A DNA stretch of 64,000 nt, taken from positions 170,376,001-170,440,000 of the forward strand of contig OZ024740.1 in NCBI GenBank assembly GCA_964016885.1. The letters are read 5' to 3'. This DNA is from Eledone cirrhosa (Eukaryota). The position numbers and the translations under genes were made by a program. The notes under the pieces are model-generated. The model had not been told where the DNA came from and did not search any database. It saw only the letters and a program-made list of their open reading frames with translations. Every line of letters begins with the position of its first letter. The first letter of the stretch is position 1. Below, piece by piece: positions 11,595 to 25,361 of the stretch.

Positions 11595-13945
11595 GTTATG
11601 GTTGTGGTTGTGGTTTTTGTGGTTGTGGTGTTTGTGGTTTTAGTGGTGATGCTGCAATTACTGATGTTGATGACAAAGATGATGATGAGGTAGATAAATT
11701 TAGTAACCAGTACAGTGCAGTTGACTAGTGGAATCGGATGCGTTACTTCACAGTGATTGTTCTGGTTCTTTGTGCTCTGGTTTTAACCCCCACAGTAGAT
11801 TACATAGACTGTAACGTTAATCCGTTGACTGACAACACTAACACCCGGTCCTTGCCTGTAATTAGTGGAATTCTTTCTGCTTCAAGTATTCGGACCAGAT
11901 CTCCACTTTGAGGATATATTCTTTCCGCCCTCTCAACTGTCACGGAAGCCATAAGAAGGGTTATGGGTAGAGGACTTCCTCACCACTAAGTGATACAAAA
12001 AGATCATATTTGATTATATTTTTAATTATCATTTCTTCAGGGGATGTTAAACAGTTATCCAATTCTGATGTGGTAATTATTTATGTCCCTTTGCATTTTG
12101 AGATTAATCTGCCAACGACATCATTGACGGTCATAAAAATCTCAAACGTCACTTCCACCCGGAGGCTTGAAGAAATTGGCACCGCAACTTTACTAGGGAG
12201 GAGGGCCGTTAAATCGTCTACGTCATCCTTATCAAATATCTTTGGCCTTGTGCCAATAAGAGGAATCATTATTTATTGCACATCGTAAGGCACCTACAAA
12301 TGTAGATTACAAGAAGGGTGTGGGGAAAATGGGAGTGTACAAATGTGGCCGAGATTCTTGTGATGAGTGTGAATGTGTATGTGCGTGTATATGTGTGGGT
12401 GTATGTATATTTGTAGGCCTGTTTGCATATATCTGTGTTTACTTCATTGGTGCTACGTTAGTACTCGCGATTATTGAAATTAGGTTAAGCCTGTCTACCA
12501 TACACCATCTCTCATTTCTTTTTATTGTTTCTTTGTTTTCAGATGCTCCTTCGAATATTCTTTACTTCTTTCTAGCTTGTTCCCCCCACCACCACCACTA
12601 CACACATATATACCGATACACAAACACTAACACAGTCACGATTACATGTATATATGTATATGTATGTGCAAATGTGTGTTGTGTTTGTGTGTATATATTT
12701 ATATCTGATTATGTTTCTTTCTCCCTTTCACTCTCTTTGTCATTCACTATATATATATAGGTGTCTGTGTGCATACATATATATACAAAGGAAGAGAGGA
12801 CAGGGATACATACTTAAGTACGTATATATACATACATACATACATACATACATACATACATACATACATACATACATACATACATACATACATACATGCA
12901 TACATACATAAAGAGAAAGTGAGAATTGTCACACTGAATATGGGGCCCTCCTGCGAGTACTATATAACCCAACATATGGGTTTATAGTCATATGCGACAG
13001 ATGCCAAACACAAATTTCCACGATTTTCTGTGTAGTGCTTAAGGGCGGTGTCATAGTATTAATCTTTCTTGAAAGATTTGGAACACTTAAGTCAAACACG
13101 TTAGTATCATCGTCGTGAAATATGATACAGAAAATATACCAGAAGAGAAGAATGATACTAGGGAAACACTACGTGGTGTCCCCTTTGCTAGTTATAACAC
13201 AAAAATCTCCCCTCAAACTAAATCCCAATGTCTAAAACAAGAGGTTTAGTAGTATAAAAATAAAAAAAAGATAAAGGGCCATCAACTCATGATGGAGTCT
13301 TCGGCGTACCATCATGAGACACGACGTATCATGGGCATTTTAAACCTGGCAGAACTCATCTGCTCTCCAAACCATAGAAAAAAAGAAAGTGATAGAGTCA
13401 TAAAGGAATAATCGACATCAGTACTGGATTGGTACTTTATTTATCGACCTCGAAAGGATGAGAAGCAAAGTTGACTTTGACGGGATTTGAAATCAGTGTC
13501 GGAGCAGATGTTTTAAATCGGATTCGTTGATGACTGTGCTACCTTTCCACATTGCTGAAGTAGTATCTACTTTAGGAATCCTCCGTAATTATCCAGCCGG
13601 CTTCCATTGATCTGATTATTTCAAGCCTAGTTGAATCCATCGTTGCAGCTATGTGAGCTGCATTTTAATACACACCTCAATAGTAAATATAGAAAATGTT
13701 TTTTTAATTTATTTTTTTTTAATTCAACATCAAAAATATATTGCACGGGGGTGGAGGATAGATTGTTTGACACCCAAGGGTGTAGTGCATATAAATGCAC
13801 TTAACTGACTACATGTTCAAAAATTGAAATCCTCACGCAGCCACGGTCTCTCATTAACTGAGTTAGATTTCGGTGCCTTACTCACTATCAGATGCATTTA
13901 TGTATATATGTTTATTTATTTATATACATATATACATATGTGTGT

Positions 13946-14008
<63 letters not shown>

Positions 14009-14011
14009 AGT

Positions 14012-14053
<42 letters not shown>

Positions 14054-14070
14054 GTGCGTGTGCGTGTATG

Positions 14071-14076
<6 letters not shown>

Positions 14077-14165
<89 letters not shown>
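14077..14165 (+). repeat. (TAA)n tract, 5' target flank of Dong-A
   Basis: Pure AAT run directly before the element start. Confidence 0.95.
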
Positions 14166-17100
14166 GGGAAGAAGACGCAGAGGTGACGGAGGTCATGAAA
14201 TCGCTCCCGTAAGTTTTGAATTTTTAACATATTTAAATCATTTGTGAAATAACAACTCTTAGTACAAATGCTACGTAAAGCACCCGGCTTGAGCCCCAAA
14301 AAATTCGGACCCAAAATATATTGTTATAAGGCTCAAATATTCAAATATTCAACTTTGTATTGTACACTGTATATCCCCCCCAAAAAATGGCTATAAATGG
14401 AAGAAGAATAACCCCCCCCCCCCCCTCCTCTCCTCTGGCTACACTATATAGGACAGCTAAACTCACCAACACCAGAAACTAGATACACCACCCACCCCAT
14501 CATCTGTGTACACTAAACACAACAGCATTTTCACCTTCACCGCCACCGCTCACTACGGCCATCATTACCACCACTATCCCATCACCGCCGCCACCACCCC
14601 TTGACTCCTTCACTGCTGCTGCCACCGCTACAGCACCATCACTACAGTAATACGGTCGCATCACCGCCACCACTGCCTCGGTATCGACATCACCACCACC
14701 ACTGTCTCAGTATCGCCAACGCCACCCTCTCCCACTTCTCCCTGCTGGCTGCTACTACTACTTCCACATTATAGAATCCCTACTACTAACAAAGAGGAAG
14801 GCATCAAAATATATAGATAGACTCAAAAGAAAAAAGAAAAAACAAACAACAAAACCAAAGCAGCACAGCAACAACAGCAAAAAACGAGAAAAACAAACAG
14901 AGAAAAACAAAAACAAAAAAAGAAACCCCAAAAACGTAAAGAAAATAAGAATGAAGAGAGAAGCAGGCGGACGGACAGAGAAGAGGGGGGAAAAAGTAAA
15001 ACTTAAAAAACAAAAACTAAGTCAGACATTCGAATACTACATTACAATGAAACTTATGCTTATTCATTTTTGGGGCCCTTTCTGCCCGTGTGTTTGTTTG
15101 TTTATGTGTGTTCGTATACAGCGTGGTGATAATGCCACACAAGGGCCAAGTGGGATGGCGGATCCACAGATGGCTATGTAAACATACATTCGCCAATCCT
15201 CGATAAGAGTGTTTAAATATCGAACATAAACAGTTCGAATAACGGTGAAATGGAGACTAGAACGTCATGTGACAGACTCTCACCCAACAGGTGCCCCCTG
15301 GCTCAGCAGCAGGAACCTGACTGTCAACCAAATACTGCTGATGTTGGAGGAAGAAGAAGAAGGAAAGGGGCCAGAACCAACTGGACGAAAGAATTGAATA
15401 GAACTGTTATGCAATGCTACCTGAAAAGTAACCCCAAGGAGAGGGGCTACAGGAGACGGATGCATAACATCTGGAACGAGATTGGTTTATTTAAATTAGA
15501 TGAACAAAAATTGGCCGGGCGGGCTCGGGTAATAAGAACTAATGGGTGGATAAGCGAGCTGGAACTGGAGGAACTGAGCAGAGAGAATGGCTTGGAGATG
15601 GCGGGTGTAGTATGCCAGACAAGCGAGCCGGTGGGAAATGAAGGTGAGGAGGTCCTGAGAACGGAGGAACCACCCGAAGCAGACAATGATCTGAATACTG
15701 AGATAAATAATACCTGGAACAGAGATACGGCCACTGAGGAGATGAATGCTGACGGGCTAGGACAAGATTCGGTTGACATCCTAAATCTAGTGGTAGATGA
15801 ATTGAACAATGATAGTGGGAGACCTATGAACCTAAGATGTGTAGACAGGAAAAAGTTAAAAGAAACAACAGCTAAGGTAAACAAAGTCATCCCATACCTT
15901 GAGGCGAGGAGTTTTCACCAGTGCAACAATATCCTCAAAGCAACAGCAAATACGGTGAGGAAACTACTTGGTATAAAAGCGAGAGGAAACAACAGACAAG
16001 AAAGAGCAGAGCCGTGGTGGAAGAAGCGACTGAGTGGGCAAATCGGGGAGATGAGAAATGACATAGGAAAGCTTGAGTCACTACTGAATGGGACACTAAA
16101 AAACATAGGCACTAAAAATAGACTGGAAATAAAATACAAAACTAGGAGTAAAAAGCTAAATATTATCATAGAGGAATTGAAGCAACGCATTGTAGCAAAG
16201 AGTGCCAAAATCAGGCGATACGAGAACAGAGTCAGTCAGTATAAACAGAACCGCATGTTCGACAACAACCAGAAGATGCTGTTTGGACAGCTTGAGGGGA
16301 AAGAAAGAGGCAACGACTTGATCCCTGGGGCGGAACAAGCTAAAACATTCTGGAGAGGAATATGGGAGCAGGATGTTAGACACAATGCCCAGGCAGGGTG
16401 GATTGAGACAGTACAGAGGGAGATCGGTGAGAAGGCACAACAACAGACTGATTTGAGTATCACAGTTGAAACTCTTAAGGGGCAAGCCAAAAAACTAACC
16501 AACTGGAAATCACCAGGCCCAGATGGTGTGCAGGGGTATTGGATTAAACATTTAACATCCCTCCACCCGAAGCTGACGGCCATGTTCAATGACTGCTTGG
16601 TGTCGGGTGAGGTGCCAGAGTGGTTGACAAAAGGTACCACAGTTCTGATAATGAAAGACCGAATCAAGGGTAATGATGTTACCAACTATAGACCTATCAC
16701 ATGTCTGCCCGTAATGTGGAAACTGTTGACGAGCATTGTGTCTGAGGAAATCTACCATCACCTCCACACAAACAACTTGTTACCGGACGAACAGAAAGGA
16801 TGCCGAAAGAAGTCACGTGGTACAAAGGACCAGTTGCTTATTGATAAGATGGTAATGGGGAATTGCAGGAGGAGACACACTGATCTTGCCATGGGATGGA
16901 TAGACTACAGAAAGGCATTTGACATGGTGCCTCATTCCTGGATCACCAAAAGCCTGGAGGTCTTCAGGGTGGCAGATAACATCAGACAGTTGCTGGGCAG
17001 GAGTATGGGGTCCTGGGAGACAGAGTTGACATCAACTGGAGTATCCTTGGGAAGCGTGAAGATCAAGAGAGGTATCTTCCAGGGAGATAGCCTGTCCCCT

Positions 17101-18716
17101 CTGTTGTTTGTCCTTGCCCTGATGCCCTTGACCATTATGCTGCGAAAAGTGAGAGCAGGATACAAGTTGGGAAGGGGAGAGCTTACCATCAATCACCTCC
17201 TCTTCATGGACGATCTTAAGCTCTTCGGGAAAAGTGAGAAGGAGTTGGATGTGCTTGTTGACACTGTCCGTATTTTCAGCAGTGATATATGTATGCAGTT
17301 TGGTATTGGTAAATGTGGAGTCATTGTGATGAAGAGGGGTAGGTTGAGCAGAAGTAACGGGATCCAGATACCAACAGGTGAGATGATAAAGGAAATTGAC
17401 TCTGAGGAAGGATACAAGTATTTGGGCGTTCTGGAGGCTGATGGCATAAAGAACAAAAAAATGAAGGAATTGTTAAGAACTGAATACATTCGGAGAGTAA
17501 GGAGCGTATTGAAGTCACATCTGAACAGCAGAAATGCCATAAGCGCAGTAAATTCCCGAGCTGTGTCTATTATTAGGTACAGTGCGGGAATTCTGAGATG
17601 GAATGTTGCTGAACAAAAAGAAATGGATAGGAAGACTAGGAAGCTATTGACTATCTACAACATGTTCCACAAAAGGAGTGATGTCGATAGACTCTACCTA
17701 AGGAGATCTGAGGGTGGAAGAGGTCTTATCAGCATAGAGGACTGTGTTCAGATGGAGAAAAACAACCTATACAAATACGTGACCTATAGTAAGGAGCCAA
17801 TGCTCAGAACTGTACTGAAGGAGGGGACAGTAGGCCAGGGGATGTCCAAGGAGGAAATAACATCAAGGAGGAAGAGCAGCCTTAAGGGAAAATCCCTTCA
17901 TAGTACCTTCTTTGAGAAAACTGAATTTAGAGATCCACAGACATGGAACTGGTTGAGAAGAGGAGACCTCAAAAAGGCTACAGAAGGAATGCTAATGGCT
18001 GCGCAGGAGCAGGCCCTCAAAACGAAGTGGTTGAAGCACCATATCTACAAGGAGGAGGCTAGCCCAATGTGCAGGATCTGTGGAGAGAGAGAGGAGACTG
18101 TGGCTCACATTGTGTCCGAGTGTAAACACCTAGCCCAGACCCACTATAAGGGCTGGAGACACGATGTGATGGGCAGGGTGATCCACTGGCACCTGTGCAA
18201 AGTAAACAATCTACCACATTCTGAGAAATGGTATGAGCATAGGCCAGAGGCGGTGATGGAGAACAGTCAGGTGAAGGTGCTGTGGGATTTTAGGATACAG
18301 ACGGACAAAAAACTGGAACACAATAGACCTGACCTGGTGGTTGTGGACAAAGAAAAAAGATCGTGCCTGATTGTGGATGTGGCCTGCCCGTTCGACACGA
18401 GAGTGCAAGAGAAGGAGAGGGAGAAAATTAACCGATACCAGGACCTAAAGTGGGAGGTGAAAAGGATTTGGAACTGCCATGAAGTCAAAGTGATCCCGAT
18501 TGTCATAGGCGCACTGGGGACTATCTCCAAAGGTTTCCAGGGATGGTTAAAGAAAATCGGCCCCTTCACGCTTTTTGGAACGCTTCAAAAGGCATGCTTG
18601 CTTGGAACAGCAAGAACCCTCCGATACGTCCTGAATATCTGAGGCTGCAGGTAGTGGCTTGATATTCAATCCAACGGACTTTCCAGTTAACCAACATCAA
18701 TGACTGAGATTCAAGG
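14166..18716 (+). mobile_element. Full-length R4/Dong-clade non-LTR retrotransposon (Dong-A) in (TAA)n
   Basis: (TAA)n on both sides (14077-14165, 18717-18743); ~1.1-kb 5'UTR homologous to that of Dong-B; single ORF; short 3'UTR. Confidence 0.9.
15250..18642 (+). CDS. R4/Dong ORF: RT + CCHC + restriction-like endonuclease, intact 1130 aa
   Basis: KSPGPDG, NYRPITCL, WIDYRKAFD, RGIFQGDSLSP, LFMDDLK, CRICGEREETVAHIVSEC, RHD, RPDLVVVD..IVDVACP..EK..Y. Confidence 0.95.
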   Translation: METRTSCDRLSPNRCPLAQQQEPDCQPNTADVGGRRRRKGARTNWTKELNRTVMQCYLKSNPKERGYRRRMHNIWNEIGLFKLDEQKLAGRARVIRTNGWISELELEELSRENGLEMAGVVCQTSEPVGNEGEEVLRTEEPPEADNDLNTEINNTWNRDTATEEMNADGLGQDSVDILNLVVDELNNDSGRPMNLRCVDRKKLKETTAKVNKVIPYLEARSFHQCNNILKATANTVRKLLGIKARGNNRQERAEPWWKKRLSGQIGEMRNDIGKLESLLNGTLKNIGTKNRLEIKYKTRSKKLNIIIEELKQRIVAKSAKIRRYENRVSQYKQNRMFDNNQKMLFGQLEGKERGNDLIPGAEQAKTFWRGIWEQDVRHNAQAGWIETVQREIGEKAQQQTDLSITVETLKGQAKKLTNWKSPGPDGVQGYWIKHLTSLHPKLTAMFNDCLVSGEVPEWLTKGTTVLIMKDRIKGNDVTNYRPITCLPVMWKLLTSIVSEEIYHHLHTNNLLPDEQKGCRKKSRGTKDQLLIDKMVMGNCRRRHTDLAMGWIDYRKAFDMVPHSWITKSLEVFRVADNIRQLLGRSMGSWETELTSTGVSLGSVKIKRGIFQGDSLSPLLFVLALMPLTIMLRKVRAGYKLGRGELTINHLLFMDDLKLFGKSEKELDVLVDTVRIFSSDICMQFGIGKCGVIVMKRGRLSRSNGIQIPTGEMIKEIDSEEGYKYLGVLEADGIKNKKMKELLRTEYIRRVRSVLKSHLNSRNAISAVNSRAVSIIRYSAGILRWNVAEQKEMDRKTRKLLTIYNMFHKRSDVDRLYLRRSEGGRGLISIEDCVQMEKNNLYKYVTYSKEPMLRTVLKEGTVGQGMSKEEITSRRKSSLKGKSLHSTFFEKTEFRDPQTWNWLRRGDLKKATEGMLMAAQEQALKTKWLKHHIYKEEASPMCRICGEREETVAHIVSECKHLAQTHYKGWRHDVMGRVIHWHLCKVNNLPHSEKWYEHRPEAVMENSQVKVLWDFRIQTDKKLEHNRPDLVVVDKEKRSCLIVDVACPFDTRVQEKEREKINRYQDLKWEVKRIWNCHEVKVIPIVIGALGTISKGFQGWLKKIGPFTLFGTLQKACLLGTARTLRYVLNI

Positions 18717-18743
18717 AATAACAATAACAATAATAATAATAAT

Positions 18744-20102
18744 TTCTTTATTAACCACAAGGGTTTACATAAAGTAGACATTAAGGACAGTGCAGGACAA
18801 TACAGGACGGTACAAATAGGCATTTCTGCGTGTAAAAAACAAAAACAGAGTATGTAACAAAAAAATAACAATGAAAAATTCCCCGATAGGAGGGAGACTT
18901 CGGAGGGACATTTGTGGAGAAAGCCCAGTAAAAGGCCACAGTGACCCTGACCACCAAGGCAAGTGCCCTCTCCCAGTTTTCCACCTTTAATTTACAGATA
19001 CATACTCAGAGTAGGCCCCGCCCTCAGGACTGCCGCTAAGTAACGATGGTCGACCCTATCGAAAGCTTTCGACTGATCTAAATTGATCAAGGACCCACCC
19101 GTGCCAGGTTCCCTAGCTACCCTCTCTACGATGTATCGCATGAGGTGGAGGTTGTCTTGGATGGATCTGTCGGGAATGCGCATGTCTGCGCCTCTCCCAC
19201 CAGACCACCAACGACAAGCGCCAACCTCTTTGCTAGCACCTTGGCCAAAATCTTGAACTCTGTGTTTAGCAGAGTTATGGGCCTGAAATTATCTATGTTA
19301 TCCCCCTTGTTCGGATCCTTTCTCAGCAGTGTCACCGCTCATCGGCTCACAGAGCTGGGAATTCTCCCGTTCTGTTGCCAGTTGCAGTAGACGTCCACCA
19401 AAACGCCTCCGAACAAGTCTGGCATCTGTACGTAAAGTTCATAGGGCAAACCATCCAAACCAGGCGATTTACCCCTTGTGCAGCCAGTCATTACCTCCCG
19501 TACTTCAGCGGCTGTTATCGGCTTTTCGCAACACTCCGCCTCAGTGGCCGAGAGCCGCGGCAGTCCGTCGAGGTAGACACTAAAGTCCATCCCTCGACCC
19601 GGCCCACCGCTGCCCCCGAACAGCTGAGCGAAGTGTTGCTGAAAAGCTTCACACATTTGCCCGGGATCGAGTAGCATGTGCCCGTCGTGGTCCACCAAAG
19701 AGCGGATCGTGTCTTTGTTGCCACGACGCGCCTCCGCCACTCGGGCTCAATGAACGGCCTTCGTCCCCTCGTGTCTGAGAGCACGCACCCTAGCTCTGAC
19801 AACGCAGCCTTTGTGCTTTGCATTGAAGAATTGGTTAAGGGCCAATTTCGCCGCAAGTACGTCGGTCGCGATGCCTTTGCTAAGCGCCTCGTCTAATTTT
19901 CTAACTAGTTCTCCCTTTGCTATATTTTTCTCTATTGCTAAAGCCTAACTAAACCTAATGGACTCTATTCTAATCGCTCTTTTCAGAGCAAACCACCACT
20001 TGTTTTTGACGATGGCCCCCGTCAACGCCCGCTTAACTAGTTCGCTAATCCGGTCTCTGTAGGCTTTGCGCGCAGTTAATGACGCGTTTAGCTTCCAGCA
20101 GT
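18744..20102 (-). mobile_element. Tx1-like LINE copy D, 5'-truncated with ~1.6-kb internal deletion
   Basis: 3'UTR and AATAAA match copies A-C; ORF2 jumps from YLAAVLRA directly to GPTLSMYL at ~19017; tail-to-tail with Dong-A across (TAA)n. Confidence 0.92.
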
Positions 20103-20104
20103 CC

Positions 20105-20345
20105 AGTCCTTTCAACTGAATTAGCTCAACATATAAGCCGTATATATATATATTCAAAATTAAATTAAATTAATTTAAGGGTGTCATGTCAGAGAGGCAT
20201 GCGCCATATCCACTGTAGAATATGCCCTAAGATTCCAATGAATAGATCCGACCATTTTATTATGACACCCTTAAATTAATTTAATTTAATTTTGAATATA
20301 TATATACGGCCCCTTAATTGTTGAGCTAACTCAGTTGAAAGGACT
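20105..20345. mobile_element. Fold-back / MITE-like element
   Basis: Outer arms agtcctttcaactgaattagctcaaca / tgttgagctaactcagttgaaaggact; inner arms ccgtata..attaatttaagggtgtcat / atgacacccttaaattaat..tatacgg. Confidence 0.6.
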
Positions 20346-21007
20346 CAGCTGCTATTTCTAGTTGTCGATAACCCTATTCACGCCACCACTGTGATGAAGC
20401 TGGTACGATGTGTGTGTTTTTGATAAGTGCAACACGTGCTGCTAGCCATTCGCAGATTTGGATTTGTTGTGTAAACACATATAGTTAAGTCTTCTTCCTT
20501 GTTGAAAATCCGAGATTTGGCTACTGTTGTTTACCGAAAGATTTATAGTGAAATATATTTCTTTAATGAAATATATACAAGGAAGATTAATTCATTTATA
20601 AGGTATCTATTTTTAAAGTTCTAGTTAAACTTTAATTAGTTACCTACATAGCTATGTGAGCTTACACACTTTTACAAATTATTCCCTGTAATTGTTTCAT
20701 ATGTTTATTTTAGATATATATATGTCAATCAATTTCTAGTTGATATATATTTATATATATATATATTTATGTGTATTTGGTGAATACGTTCGTATGTGTG
20801 CGGGTAAAGACGTTGCATGGGTTCTGTATGTGCGTGCGTGTTTTTTGTGTACGTGCTTGTATATGCATACCCATGGTGAGTGTTTTCGCGTATGCATGCG
20901 TATGTACGTATATGGATGCGTGCATGTAAATATTTAATTTCAATTACCTCTGTTAATTATTTACATTATTCTTAACTCTGAAGCTGAGTATCATCCGGTT
21001 TCCTAAA

Positions 21008-21417
21008 TAGAATTTTAGTCTACGACTTCAATTATACCATAAACGTGGTTTTGTCTTTGCGTGTAATTGTTCTCACCGCTCAACATAATTGTTTCTACTT
21101 TAGGCACAAGGCCAGCAATTATCCAGTGCATTACTGGTACTTTATTTTATCGACCCCGTAAGGATGAAAGGCAAAGTCAATGACGTATTATCTTCGTTTT
21201 TTTTCATTCATTGCCAGAGAACGTCTCCACGAACCACCTAATAGAATATTAGTCTACGGCTTTATTCATACCATAAACGTGGTTTTGTCTTTGCGTGTAA
21301 TTGTTTTCACCGCTCCAAATAATTGTTTCTGCTATTGGCACAAGGCCAGCAATTACCAAGTGCATTACTGAACGTATTATCTTTCCGTTCTTTGCCAGGA
21401 AACGTTTCCACGAACCT
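21008..21417. repeat. Imperfect tandem duplication containing SINE 3' ends (- strand)
   Basis: 'atagaat.ttagtctacg..ccataaacgtggttttgtctttgcgtgtaattg..ggcacaaggccagcaatt' at ~21008 and ~21241. Confidence 0.75.
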
Positions 21418-21585
21418 AAGTATCGCCTTCCTATCTTCCTTCGGTTGCAACGTTTTTCGAAATATTTACTTCTGCGTTCACAGATTGCTTTTTTTAGTTT
21501 CAGAAGATCCCATTAAGAGTGAAAGCAGCGATTCTTTGCTTAAACTTTAATGTTATTTTAATAAATATATATATATATATGTATG

Positions 21586-21616
<31 letters not shown>

Positions 21617-21726
21617 ATATTTATATATATGCATGTTTATTTAAAAACATTTTGAAGGCCTTTCACTATGAATTTAAGGTAGAGACTATAGTCACACACC
21701 TAGCTTCATAAAAAAAACAAATAGAA

Positions 21727-21771
21727 ATAACCGGCGATCGTTTCTCACTGTTTAGTGATTATCAAGACTAT
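21727..21771 (-). ncRNA. Degenerate hammerhead (U3-A8 variant, cleavage triplet mutated)
   Basis: Reverse complement atagtc-TTGATAA-tcact aaac agtga-GAAA-CGATCG-CC-ggttat; lies between inverted arms ~21667-21722 and ~21872-21925. Confidence 0.5.
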
Positions 21772-22247
21772 ATATCCCTTTGTTTTTGCTGTGAGCTGTA
21801 GAAGCTGGATTCTTATAGAATACCAATTATGTTTATGAGCTGTTTAAACTCATTAACATACAGAGCGGTTCTTTGTTTTTTGCTGAAGCTATGTATGTGA
21901 CTATAGTCACTTTCTTAAATTCATAGGTAGTGCTATTAAGTTAGACATGGGCTGGGCCAAAATTGGCCGAAAATTATCAAAGTTATCAAAGTTATATTAT
22001 TAAATATACAATACGTATGTTCATATATATATATATAAATATATAAATGAAAGTTTGGTAAAATCGAAGCTTCGGCTGTAGCCAAGCCAACGAGATACAA
22101 CGAGGAATGTGCTGCCAAGCACTCCATGCGGAGTCTCAGAGTAACAACAACGTTAGACGTCATGGCAAATTGAAAGCTGTGGCAGGCAGACCCAGCCACG
22201 ACACCGAAGAAACGAGAAAGCCAACAGGTTAACTATATATATATGTT

Positions 22248-22295
<48 letters not shown>

Positions 22296-22299
<4 letters not shown>

Positions 22300-22483
22300 G
22301 TTTCTACTTTAGGCACAAGGCCAGCAATTACCCAGTGCATTACTGGTACTTTATTTTATCGACCCCGTAAGGATGAAAGGCAAAGTCAACCTCGGCGGGA
22401 TTTGAACTCAGATCGTAAAGGGACGTAACTATGCTGGAAAGCATGGCGTCCGACTCTCTACCGATACTGCCAATCCACCGCCC
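22296..22483 (-). mobile_element. tRNA-derived SINE with Meta/MESC-like central domain
   Basis: B box GAGTTCAAATCC, domain gactttgcctttcatccttacggggtcgataaaataaagtaccag, tail ggccttgtgcctaaagtagaaacaatt. Confidence 0.85.
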
Positions 22484-22535
22484 TTATATATATATATATA
22501 TATATATAATGGCGGGCTGTGTGGTTGCATTTAAG

Positions 22536-23019
<484 letters not shown>

Positions 23020-23081
23020 TAACAGATTAAAGTTATTTTAAGCAAAGAATCGCTGCTTTCACCCTTAACGGGATCTTCTGC

Positions 23082-23721
<640 letters not shown>

Positions 23722-25361
23722 TTAAGGATCGATTTCATCTATAAAGTATTGTATGTATACATACATACATATATAGATCATTAAGGATCGATTTCATCTA
23801 TAAAGTATTGTAAGTAAACGTATATACATAGACACCACACATTAAAAAGAATAATGAAAAGGTATGTATTTGAGTAGAAGAGGCTTATGTATTTTCGAAC
23901 ACACAAATATTAACAAAGACGAATCAGGAACGGAATTGTATCTTTCAATTGTCTTTTCTAACTGGATTCAGGGATAATTTTATTTCTACGTTATATGGCC
24001 TCTCCCAAATGATAGTAAAACAGCTAATAATAGTCAAAATTATATACAAAAGCAGCTGCAAAATAAGACTAGACACTGTTACTAAGCAATGGCATTGCGT
24101 ATAACAGCTGTTGCCTAGCAAATTAAATCTCAAATAATGTAATTCTGACATAATGGATGTTGCTAAAGAAAAAAGTTCTACAAAATAGTAGTGAGCAAGG
24201 AAAATACAACACATTAACAGTTTTGAAAACAGTTGTTTTGAAAATGGAGAGATTAATTTATCTGACAGTAAGCTACAGGAAAACATTATTTTTTAACATT
24301 TAGTGTGAATAGAAAGTAGTGCCTATAGCATACTAAAGTTTTCTTCATAAAAAGGGTAGATGAAGTGTTATAATCATTACTCAGTTTAAGGGAATTTCTT
24401 AACTTAAAACGAAAACAGATTTGCAAAGATTATGTTAAGTATCTCAGACCTTTTCAGTTACTGAATCGTGGTATACTAATGTGCAGTGAATTGTCTGCAA
24501 GAGTGCCGCAAGATTTGATGACAAATTGAGAGTATCCAATTTAAGTGTGAGTGTGTTTATTTTTGGCTGTTATTCTTTACCTAACTGGTGCATAATTATT
24601 CTATTGTAGAAAAATACAATACTTCCGCTCCTCTTGATTTTGAAATAATTTTAACACTTATTTCTTAATATAAGAATGGATTCGTTTAAAAATACGATGT
24701 TGTACAGAAATACTTTTATCAAGTTATTCTGTGAACTTTGAAACGAAAAGATGGAAAAAAGAAGGTCTGATTTGAATAAATAGAAGAAGTGTCTCCGTGT
24801 AGGTGTGTAAGGAGAAGGATTGATCATTTATCTATCTTCCTAGGTTTACTTTAAAATATTTTAATTTTTATTTTACTTTTATTACATAATTACATTCGGC
24901 TTTGCCGAAAATTAGAAACAAAATTAGAATTTAAGTTTTCGCTCGGTATGCAAATTAGCCAATGTATACTTTAGAAAATACAATATATTTTCAAAAGTTC
25001 AAATGAAAAAGGACAATAACCTAGAAACATGTAGGTTGTTCTTCGACGTTAAACGAACGGATGACGATGTTATCAAAAACAAGACATAGCATAATGAGAT
25101 TGTTTGCTTGAAAACAAATCGAATATTATTATTATTATTATTATTGAATGCCATGGTTGACGGAGGCTCGGCTCTGTAAGGTATAGTAATTTTTAACCGT
25201 TAAAACAATTGTAAATTGTTTAAAACTTGAACCAAATTGTTGATAAAGACACCCTCCTCCTCGTGAGAGGGGTCTTTCTGTCCGTTATTTGGCCCTTCGG
25301 GGTTAAATAACCAGTTATTGGGGTTTTGTACCCAAAATTTCATTTTAAACAAAAAAACAAC

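Noticed and set aside
10859-12284. Exon-like islands with AG/GT borders (10859-11077, 12041-12284)
   Set aside because: Phases incompatible, no recognisable protein, and ~12200-12275 resembles an old SINE tail (ggccttgtgcc..attatt)
14205-14226. Spliced-leader RNA interpretation (GTAAGT followed by an Sm-like AATTTTT)
   Set aside because: Sm site imperfect, no SL stem-loops seen, and the donor is not conserved in Tx1-B/C
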